From: Candidatus Latescibacterota bacterium
Lineage (GTDB): Bacteria; Latescibacterota; UBA2968; UBA8231
Reading direction: 5' to 3'
NCBI GenBank assembly: GCA_965203355.1
Contig: OZ241889.1
Span: 1,696,001-1,760,000 of the forward strand
Length of the DNA stretch: 64,000 nucleotides
Of the stretch, positions 38,944-46,519 are shown in pieces. A model generated the notes under the pieces. The model was not told where the DNA came from. It saw only the letters and a list, made by a program, of their open reading frames with translations, and ran no database searches. Made by a program: the position numbers and the translations under genes. The stretch's first letter is position 1. Each line of letters starts with the position of its first letter.

Positions 38944-39672
38944 ATGACCCCTCGAGAAATCCTCGCCGAGCTGAAAAACTTCGACACGCCTTCCATTACC
39001 AATGTCGTCGCCACCTATCCGGGCGATCCTTTGTGCTTGGGGCTGTACAATCCCTGGAGCGAAAACTGGTACACCGATCAGTCGCTGCGCTGCATGTATC
39101 CCGAGCTCGGCCCTACGGTCGGCTACGCGGTCACTTGTACCTACGGTCTGCCCGACCCCAATTACAGCGGCGTTAGCTTCATGGACGTTCTCGATGCCCT
39201 CGACGCCTCGCCCAAGCCGACGATATTGGTCTTCGAGCAGAAGTTTCCGCCCGAAATCCGGGACAAGGTCGGCCTGGCCGGCGGCAACATGACCACGGCC
39301 ATGCAGGCCATTGGCTGCGTTGGCGCGATTTCCAACGGTCCCTCGCGCGACATCGACGAGATTCGCCCGATGAAGTTCCAGTACTTGCTCAGCGGCGTCA
39401 CCGCTGGTCACGGTGCCCAAGCCGTCCACGCGGTCAACGTGCCCGTCTCGGTCGCTGGCATGGATGTGGCCCCCGGCGAGATCGTCCACATGGATGAAAA
39501 CGGCGCCGTGAAATTCCCCGCCGACAAACTCAGCGCGGTGTTGGAAAACGTCTGCGCCCTGCAAAAACACGAGACCGAGCGCATGGCCCAGATGCGCCAA
39601 GCCACCTCCGCGGCCGAACTGCGGGCCATCTTCGGCGGCCACTCGTACGGCGACGATGGCGAGGAATCGTGA
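38944..39672 (+). CDS. RraA / HMG aldolase family protein
   Basis: DTPSITN, VGYAVT, RDIDEI, PGEIVHMDENG. Confidence 0.82.
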   Translation: MTPREILAELKNFDTPSITNVVATYPGDPLCLGLYNPWSENWYTDQSLRCMYPELGPTVGYAVTCTYGLPDPNYSGVSFMDVLDALDASPKPTILVFEQKFPPEIRDKVGLAGGNMTTAMQAIGCVGAISNGPSRDIDEIRPMKFQYLLSGVTAGHGAQAVHAVNVPVSVAGMDVAPGEIVHMDENGAVKFPADKLSAVLENVCALQKHETERMAQMRQATSAAELRAIFGGHSYGDDGEES

Positions 39673-39709
39673 GTCGAGGTAGGGGTGGGTGAAGCTCTCC
39701 ACAAAATCG

Positions 39710-39841
39710 GGTCGTGGTACGTTCTGAAACGTAGCTTTACTCCCGTTGAACGGATCGCCCCGGCTCGGCCTGAACCCCGGCGACCCAAGCCCGCCCTCAA
39801 CCGTACCGCGACAATTGGAGATTTCAAGACGTACCACGACC
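39710..39841. mobile_element. putative 132-bp MITE with IS1-like ends
   Basis: Terminal inverted repeats GGTCGTGGTACGTTCTGAAA / TTTCAAGACGTACCACGACC (18 of 20 paired); ends fit GGnnnTG; no ORF, no clear TSD. Confidence 0.55.
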
Positions 39842-39846
39842 TACAT

Positions 39847-39873
39847 TTGACAAACTTTTAACTGTTGTATAAT
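39847..39873 (+). promoter_or_regulatory. consensus sigma70 promoter upstream of the giant surface-protein leader
   Basis: TTGACA-15 nt-TATAAT (perfect hexamers, short spacer). Confidence 0.55.
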
Positions 39874-40094
39874 CATTAGATATGAAATTCACAGCGCACA
39901 ACGGCGCGTTTGGGTATAAAACCTCCGCCGCTTGCGGCATTCTTAATCGGATTAACAGGACATGGGCACAACGTCAATAGCACAAAGAACGCCCTCGCCG
40001 GGAGCGGTGCTTGATGCGATAGCGGTGCCTTGTTCTACGCTTGCGATAACGCCGAGTTCTAATCGTCATAAATCGTTAAAAAACAATGATTTAT

Positions 40095-40112
40095 CCCCCC
40101 CCCCCCCCCCCC
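40095..40112 (+). repeat. poly-C homopolymer (C18)
   Basis: Directly visible. Confidence 0.95.
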
Positions 40113-40232
40113 GAATTTTCTTGGGCATTAAGCCCTAGCTTCACTCACCAACCTATTTGCCTCGCTCCCCTTCCTCTACGGAAGCGGGAAACGGCCTTAT
40201 TCTGCCCGGCCGCGTCGGTAAGCCCCGCTGAC

Positions 40233-40266
40233 CAGTGGTCAGTGGTCAGTGGTCAGTGGTCAGTGG
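40233..40266. repeat. heptamer tandem repeat (CAGTGGT)x~5
   Basis: Directly visible; reverse complement of the array at 35236-35269. Confidence 0.92.
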
Positions 40267-40368
40267 CCACCCATCCACATCACAAACGAAATCCCTTCTC
40301 GGTAGCCTCGCGGTTATCGGCCGGCGACGGCGTAGCCCTTCTCGCCGCGCGGGATTCGTCTTGCTCAA

Positions 40369-40485
40369 CGGTAGCAAAAATGCAAGAACACAACGGCTTA
40401 GTGATAACCAACGAAGCCTTGAAAATGTCTAACAGATCATCAGTTTCGGTAGCAAAGACGCAAGAACGCAGCGGCTTAGTGATAA
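40369..40485 (+). repeat. two 39-bp direct repeats, 78-bp period
   Basis: CGGTAGCAAA[A/G]A[T/C]GCAAGAAC[A/G]CA[A/G]CGGCTTAGTGATAA at 40369-40407 and 40447-40485. Confidence 0.85.
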
Positions 40486-40555
40486 GGCTAAGTCCGTTTT
40501 CTTCTATCCCTTCCCTTTCGCCCTTGGGCGATGCTTTCCTTACGGAGGTTGAATA

Positions 40556-43500
40556 ATGATACATGCGAAGTTGTTCGTGCCGATGCCGCGCTTGGCGTTT
40601 GTGCCTTGTTTGCTGGCGGCCATTTTGGTGTTGGGCTGGGCCGGAGAGGCCGTGGCTCAGATCAATATGAAATTCACCCTTGACCCGCGTTTCGTCCGCG
40701 AGGATGGGGGGGCGCAAGATATTACGGCTACGGTAGAATTAAAAGACGCGAACGCTAAGGCGGGAGCAGATATTCAGGTTCATCTGACTCTCGTAGGTCC
40801 GACCAGAGGCTATCTCAATGATTACTTCACAATATCCTTGCCCTCTTTGGTGATTAAGAAGGGCGAGCGAAAGGGGACCGGGACCATAACCATAACCCCG
40901 GTAGACAATGATCAGATCGGAGCGACCTCGGCCACAGCGGGGATGGATGTTGATCCACTGATCATAAATTTTGCAAGTGTGGGTATAACTAGTGGGGGTG
41001 GGAGAGTTACTGCCGCAGCGGCTCTAAGGCGCCCTAATATTCCGGTCATTATACGGGCGATCTCAGGTGGTGGTCGAGGAACTAATTTCTCGTCAGACGG
41101 CGAACCCAATATCTATAACGATGGTGATGTAGGTGGCCTGTATGTCGAGATCATTGACGACGATCAGTTGCCGAGTGGGATTGACCTTTCTTTTTCGCCG
41201 TCCAAGCTCAGCAAGCAGGCGGATGCGACTCCGATTGAAGTGACGGCGACGGTGAAGGGCGGCGCGTTGAAGGCCCACGACCTTAAATCCCAGTTGGTTA
41301 TTTCTGGCGGCGACTTGACGCGCGATGTGGATTACTCGCTTACAGGGTTGGGTACTCTGACCATTCCACGGCGGCGGATCGACGCGACGACGACGATCAC
41401 CGTTGATCCGAAAAATAAGGCGGGCACGATCACGCTGGGGGGCAGTGATACGCTGCTGGTGGAGTTCAAGAAACGGCTCAATAGCGCGGGTAAGCAGGTC
41501 CGGATCGACTTCAACCTGGATGGTAGCTTTGAAGGAGATGGTTATGTAAAACCCTCATCAGTAACTAGTAATCTTAAGGAAAGGAGCAACGCCATCCTCG
41601 CAATAGACTTGGATGGCGATGGAACTATTGGATTAACCGACGAATCAAGTGAAGGGAATGATGGGAATACTTTCATAGGGCTTGGGACATGGGGTGGGTC
41701 TCAGGTTGGATACGCCCTTGGCAACTCCGACACCCTTACGGCGGGCACCGTCTTAGTAGAACGAGACTTGGGGCTCGACTTGTTCAATGATGGCGACTTG
41801 TTGGATACCTTTGTGGTGCCCGCCGATAGCGTATTAACAGAAGCAGGTCCCTATGTAGTCGATAGAAATAAAGTGCGTCAAGCCTCCAACGGAAGGCTGA
41901 TCCGCGTCGGTCTTGACGTTGGCGGCGATGGGGTGATCGAGGGGACGGCTAACATCGTCGGAGCTTTCAAGCGTATGGACTCTTTTGTCGTTGCGGTCCC
42001 GGTCAATCCGGGCACCATCACGATCGAGGACGTTGCGGTTGCGACGATCAAGAATTTTACGCTGAGTCCGGCGACGATCCGCGAGGCCGCCGGCGCGACC
42101 GACGTTACGATGACGGTTGAATTGGCGAAAGCCTTGACCGGCGCGAAGGCGGTGGACTTTCAGATTACGGCGGGTCAGGGGACGCGCGATGTGCATTACG
42201 AGGTGGAAGTCACTGAAGGCTTGACGATCCCGACCGGCGACACGAAAGGCACGGCAACGCTGCGCGTCACGCCGGTGGACAACAGCGGGGTGAATAATCC
42301 GTGGACGTTCGATGTGATAGCGAAGGTCGGCACCGAAGCGTCTCAGAAGGATACGGTGGAGTTCAAAATCACGGACGATGAGACGCTGAGCGAAAACATT
42401 ACGCTGTCGGTCAATCCGAGCGAAATCAAAGAGGACGCCGGGGCGACGACGGTCACAGTAACCGGTACGTTAGACGGCAAGGTGCTGGACGCGGCGGCGA
42501 CGATCACGCTGGTCGTGGATAATACGCCGGACAAGTCGGCGACGCGGGACGTGGATTACACGGCGGTGCTTAGCTCGCTGACGATTCCGCGCGGCGAGAT
42601 CACCGGCTCGACGACGATCACGGTCACGCCCGTCAACGACGGGAAAGACGACAACGACGAAACGATCACGCTGAAGCAACTCACGGACAATCTCAAGAAC
42701 CAAGACGACGACAAGATCAAGGTCGGCACCACGAAGATCACGCTGAAAGACGCGGCGAAGATGGATGATTCTTCGGATACGCCGGCGGACACGGGCCGAC
42801 CGAGTTTCGGCACTGGTGCGTTAGCCTTTGAAGCGACGGTGGGGCAGGCGTTCAGCGAGGTGTTGCCCGCGGCGACGGGCGGCCAAGGAACGCTGCGGTA
42901 CCGGGTCTCGTCGGACCTGCCGATGGGTCTGTCGTTTGACGCGGCCACCCGGACGCTTTCCGGGACGCCGACGCTGGCGGGTATGTCGGAAGTCTTCTAT
43001 ACGGCGATCGATGCCGACGGCGATGGCGGGGTACGGACTTTCACCATCACGGTTGCTGAGGCTCCGCCGGTCACCGTGGGCGTCGCCAGCGTGATGGCTT
43101 CGCAATCGGCGGTGCGCGAAAACGGCGACACGGCTGAAATTCGGGTTACGGCGACTCTGTCGGAGGCGGCCCCGGCGGCTGAGAGCGTCCGCTTCACGAT
43201 TGTGCCGCCGGCCAGCGGCGCGATGGCCACCCGCGACGTGGATTACACCGCGACATTGGTGGGGACGATCACCATTGCGGCCGGCGAGACGATGGGTTCG
43301 ACGACACTTTTCCTGTCGCCGATTGACAACGCTTCGGCGGACGGTCATAAGTTCTTGGGCGTTCGGGCGGCGGCTTCAGGCGGCTGGGGGCAAGTGGACT
43401 TGCGGATTTCCGACGACGAGACGCCAAGCACGTCTTTGGTCGTGTCGGTGATGCCGAGCGCGCTCAGCGAGTCGGCGGAATTGACGGAAGTAATGGTCAT

Positions 43501-46213
43501 GGCCGCGTTGGATGGCAAGCCGCTGGCCGAGAATGCCACGGCGATCGTCTCGATTGACGAGGTGGCTTCGAGTGCCACCCGCGACACGGACTACTCGGCC
43601 CTATTCAATCCGACGATTACCATTGCCGCCGGTTCGATCATAGGTTCGACGCGCCTGTTGATCGATCCGGTCTCGGACGGTATGGCTGAAGGCGACGAGA
43701 CGGTTGTGCTCAACGCGATGCTGCCGGGCTTGACGGCGGGTTCGGCGACGCTGGTGCTGACGGAAGCGGCCGGCGGCATGATGGACGATAAGGAGATGAT
43801 GATCCCCTTGTCTTTCGTCGAGGGCACTTCGATTGCCGCACATGCCTATACGGCGGGCACGGCGATTACGCCGTTGGTGCTGCCGATGGCGATGGGCGGC
43901 GAAGGCACCATCACGTATAGCGTGTCGGGGCTACCGGCGGGACTGTTGTTTGACCCGGCCACCCGGACGATTTCGGGCACACCGGAAGCGGCGACCGATG
44001 GGGCCGTTGAAGTCACCTACACGGCGATGGCTGGCGACGAAAGCGTCTCGCTGATGTTCACGATCACAATCAACGCGATGCTAGACTGGGGCGACCTGAG
44101 TTCGTTGTTCGGTCTCAACAGCGGTGCTGGCAAAGCCAATCCAGCCGACTCGCACGACAACAGTATGATTCAATTCACCGTCGGTGTGCCAGCAAATCTG
44201 ACGCTGCCGGCCGTCTCCGGGGGCACTCCACCGCTGACGTATAGCGTGTCGGGGCTGCCAGCCGGGCTGTCGTTTGACCCGGCCACCCGGACGATTTCCG
44301 GGACGCCGACGACGATGGGCGAGACGGTCGCGACCTACACGGTCATGGATGCCAGCGGCGCGAGTCAGTCGCTGCCGTTGAGCATGGCGGTGGTGGAGCC
44401 GCCGCTGTCGGCGCCGACCAACCTGGTCGCCGAGGACTACAAAGGTGCGGACGGCCAAGGCGACCAAGGCGGTTTCGTAATGCTGTCTTGGGAGCTATCG
44501 GCGGATCATAAGTCGCTGGACGGCTATCGCATCTTCCGTGCGTTGCCGGTGCTAGGCAATGAGATGGTGCCGTGGGCGCGGGTGGATGCCGTGCCTGGGG
44601 TGGCGATGGGCCGCGCTATCGTGGCGACGCTGGACAATGTCTCGACACGTTGGGGTATTGCCGCCGAAAAAGATGGCCGCACCACGCACCATGCGGCCAA
44701 AGCCGTGTTCGTCGAGGCCGACGATGTGACGCAGCCTTACGCGCAGATGGCGAAGACGCTGCAAGCGAGCCGGGATGCCGCGCAGGCGGGTCCGGTGCTG
44801 GCATCGTTGTTGCCGGAAGCATTGGCCTACGCTCGCGGCGTGGCACCGAAACTAAATGTCGTCGGTAACGTGCTGAGTTCGTCGATTACTTGGACGGCCG
44901 AGGCCGTGCGGGCGACCGACGACATCGCGCCATTGGCCGTGTCGGCGTTGCAGGTGTTGGATGCGCCGGACGATCAGGGCGGTCGCATCGCGCTGACGTG
45001 GACGCTGTCGCCGTCGGATCAGGTGCTGCAAGGGGTCGTGGCTGGTGCTTTGGGCCCGGCGCCGGTCGAGCCGGTCGTCGGCGTCCATGGCTACCGCATC
45101 TATCGCCGCGCTGTGGGAGACGAAACGTTTTCCGTGGTCGCCGAGGTGGCGTCCGGGGTGGCGTCCTTCGTTGATGAGACGGCGCAGCATGGGGTGCATT
45201 ACACCTATCAGGTGCGGCCTTTCGACTTAGACAACGAGACCGGTTCGGTTGAGCATACCGCGCTGGCCGTGCGCAACCGGGTGGCCGATAGCCAAGGGCA
45301 GGCCCTGTTGGGTCTGTTCGGGGCCGACGCGCGCATTGGGTTCGACGATTTCTTCGTGTTGGCCGACCGCTTCGGCTTGACGGCGGGCGACGCCGGGTTT
45401 GATCCGGCGTTTGACCTGGCGCCGAATGGGACGATTGATTTCGACGATTTCTTCGTGTTGGCCGACCATTTCGGTCGCAGCGTGGCGGTTTCGGGCAAGC
45501 CGGTGGCGTTGCAGGCCGGGCTGAATGCGGACGCGCGGCTGTATCTGGACGCGCCGACAGCCCTGCCGAGCGTAGGAGAAGAGTTCGTCGTTAATGTGCG
45601 ACTGGCCGATTTCGTGGCGGTCAAGGGCTACGGCTTGCAGGTAGCCTATGACGCCGACCAGCTAACCTTCGTCGAGGCGCGGACCGATCAGCCGCTCGGC
45701 GGGAGCGCGTTCGCTACGCCGCAGGTGTTGGCCGACCAAGCGGGCGTGTTGACGGTAGCCGCCCACGGCGACGTCGTTGCCGATGGCGAGCTAATGCTGC
45801 GCTTGGTCTTCCGTCCGACGACCGAGATCGCGCACACGACCCTCGAAATCACCGACAGCCAGACGTATGACCGGGCGTTGGGCTTCAACCGGCTGGCACT
45901 GCCCGCGCCGATTTCGGTGCAGACGCGCCCGGCCGTGTTCTCGCTGGCAGCCAACTATCCGAACCCGTTCAATCCGCAGACGACGATTCAGTATGCGTTG
46001 CCGCAGGCGGCGGACGTGGGGCTGACGGTGTATAACGTGTTGGGTCAGCCGATTCGGACGCTGGTCGCCGAGCATCAGGCGGCGGGTCGCTACGCGGTGG
46101 AATGGGACGCGACCAACGATAGCGGCCAGAGCGTGTCGTCGGGGATGTACTTCTATCGCTTGCAGGCCGGCGGCGACTTCCTCGATGTCAAGAAGATGCT
46201 GCTGCTCAAGTAG
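40556..46213 (+). CDS. giant secreted surface protein: Calx-beta-like TRDVDY repeats, three putative-Ig (He_PIG) domains, FN3-like, dockerin/EF-hand pair, cohesin-like domain, FlgD/T9SS type A-like C-terminal sorting domain
   Basis: Signal peptide (..GWAGEAVAQ), 5x TRD[V/T][D/H]Y, 3x GLxFDxATRTxSGTP, 2x FDDFFVLAD.FG, NYPNPFNP...YFYRL...KKMLLLK. Confidence 0.85.
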   Translation: MIHAKLFVPMPRLAFVPCLLAAILVLGWAGEAVAQINMKFTLDPRFVREDGGAQDITATVELKDANAKAGADIQVHLTLVGPTRGYLNDYFTISLPSLVIKKGERKGTGTITITPVDNDQIGATSATAGMDVDPLIINFASVGITSGGGRVTAAAALRRPNIPVIIRAISGGGRGTNFSSDGEPNIYNDGDVGGLYVEIIDDDQLPSGIDLSFSPSKLSKQADATPIEVTATVKGGALKAHDLKSQLVISGGDLTRDVDYSLTGLGTLTIPRRRIDATTTITVDPKNKAGTITLGGSDTLLVEFKKRLNSAGKQVRIDFNLDGSFEGDGYVKPSSVTSNLKERSNAILAIDLDGDGTIGLTDESSEGNDGNTFIGLGTWGGSQVGYALGNSDTLTAGTVLVERDLGLDLFNDGDLLDTFVVPADSVLTEAGPYVVDRNKVRQASNGRLIRVGLDVGGDGVIEGTANIVGAFKRMDSFVVAVPVNPGTITIEDVAVATIKNFTLSPATIREAAGATDVTMTVELAKALTGAKAVDFQITAGQGTRDVHYEVEVTEGLTIPTGDTKGTATLRVTPVDNSGVNNPWTFDVIAKVGTEASQKDTVEFKITDDETLSENITLSVNPSEIKEDAGATTVTVTGTLDGKVLDAAATITLVVDNTPDKSATRDVDYTAVLSSLTIPRGEITGSTTITVTPVNDGKDDNDETITLKQLTDNLKNQDDDKIKVGTTKITLKDAAKMDDSSDTPADTGRPSFGTGALAFEATVGQAFSEVLPAATGGQGTLRYRVSSDLPMGLSFDAATRTLSGTPTLAGMSEVFYTAIDADGDGGVRTFTITVAEAPPVTVGVASVMASQSAVRENGDTAEIRVTATLSEAAPAAESVRFTIVPPASGAMATRDVDYTATLVGTITIAAGETMGSTTLFLSPIDNASADGHKFLGVRAAASGGWGQVDLRISDDETPSTSLVVSVMPSALSESAELTEVMVMAALDGKPLAENATAIVSIDEVASSATRDTDYSALFNPTITIAAGSIIGSTRLLIDPVSDGMAEGDETVVLNAMLPGLTAGSATLVLTEAAGGMMDDKEMMIPLSFVEGTSIAAHAYTAGTAITPLVLPMAMGGEGTITYSVSGLPAGLLFDPATRTISGTPEAATDGAVEVTYTAMAGDESVSLMFTITINAMLDWGDLSSLFGLNSGAGKANPADSHDNSMIQFTVGVPANLTLPAVSGGTPPLTYSVSGLPAGLSFDPATRTISGTPTTMGETVATYTVMDASGASQSLPLSMAVVEPPLSAPTNLVAEDYKGADGQGDQGGFVMLSWELSADHKSLDGYRIFRALPVLGNEMVPWARVDAVPGVAMGRAIVATLDNVSTRWGIAAEKDGRTTHHAAKAVFVEADDVTQPYAQMAKTLQASRDAAQAGPVLASLLPEALAYARGVAPKLNVVGNVLSSSITWTAEAVRATDDIAPLAVSALQVLDAPDDQGGRIALTWTLSPSDQVLQGVVAGALGPAPVEPVVGVHGYRIYRRAVGDETFSVVAEVASGVASFVDETAQHGVHYTYQVRPFDLDNETGSVEHTALAVRNRVADSQGQALLGLFGADARIGFDDFFVLADRFGLTAGDAGFDPAFDLAPNGTIDFDDFFVLADHFGRSVAVSGKPVALQAGLNADARLYLDAPTALPSVGEEFVVNVRLADFVAVKGYGLQVAYDADQLTFVEARTDQPLGGSAFATPQVLADQAGVLTVAAHGDVVADGELMLRLVFRPTTEIAHTTLEITDSQTYDRALGFNRLALPAPISVQTRPAVFSLAANYPNPFNPQTTIQYALPQAADVGLTVYNVLGQPIRTLVAEHQAAGRYAVEWDATNDSGQSVSSGMYFYRLQAGGDFLDVKKMLLLK

Positions 46214-46237
46214 CATCCACGACACCGCAAGTTACGG

Positions 46238-46273
46238 AAATGGGACCCCGATGTTCTGGGGTCCCATTTTCTT
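46238..46273 (+). terminator. intrinsic terminator of the surface protein gene
   Basis: AAATGGGACCCC-GATGTTCT-GGGGTCCCATTTT. Confidence 0.82.
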
Positions 46274-46301
46274 ATGAACGTCAGGTCGCCCGCCTACGGA
46301 C

Positions 46302-46405
46302 CGCTTGCAGGCGGGCGGCGATTTCCTCGACATCAAGAAGATGTTGCTGCTCAAGTAACATCCACGATACAGCGAGTTACGGAAATGGGATCCCGATGTT
46401 CTGGG
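46302..46405 (+). repeat. diverged 104-bp duplicate of the last 18 codons, stop and terminator of the surface protein gene (copy 1: 46157-46260)
   Basis: 10 mismatches in 104 bp, mostly synonymous; encodes RLQAGGDFLDIKKMLLLK*. Confidence 0.88.
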
Positions 46406-46519
46406 ATGTCCATATCGGAATTAGACAGCGCACTGGTTTGTCCCGCCGTCCCCTCCGCCGCTGCCGGGTCCCATTTCTATTGTCCATGTCGGGAACTAGA
46501 CTGCACTGCTAAAGCGGGA

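Noticed and set aside
40369-40485. Mini CRISPR array (39-bp repeat, 39-bp spacer)
   Set aside because: Only two degenerate copies, not palindromic, no cas genes
46157-46405. Diversity-generating retroelement VR/TR pair
   Set aside because: Mismatches are not adenine-specific, are mostly synonymous and include a compensatory stem change; no reverse transcriptase in the window
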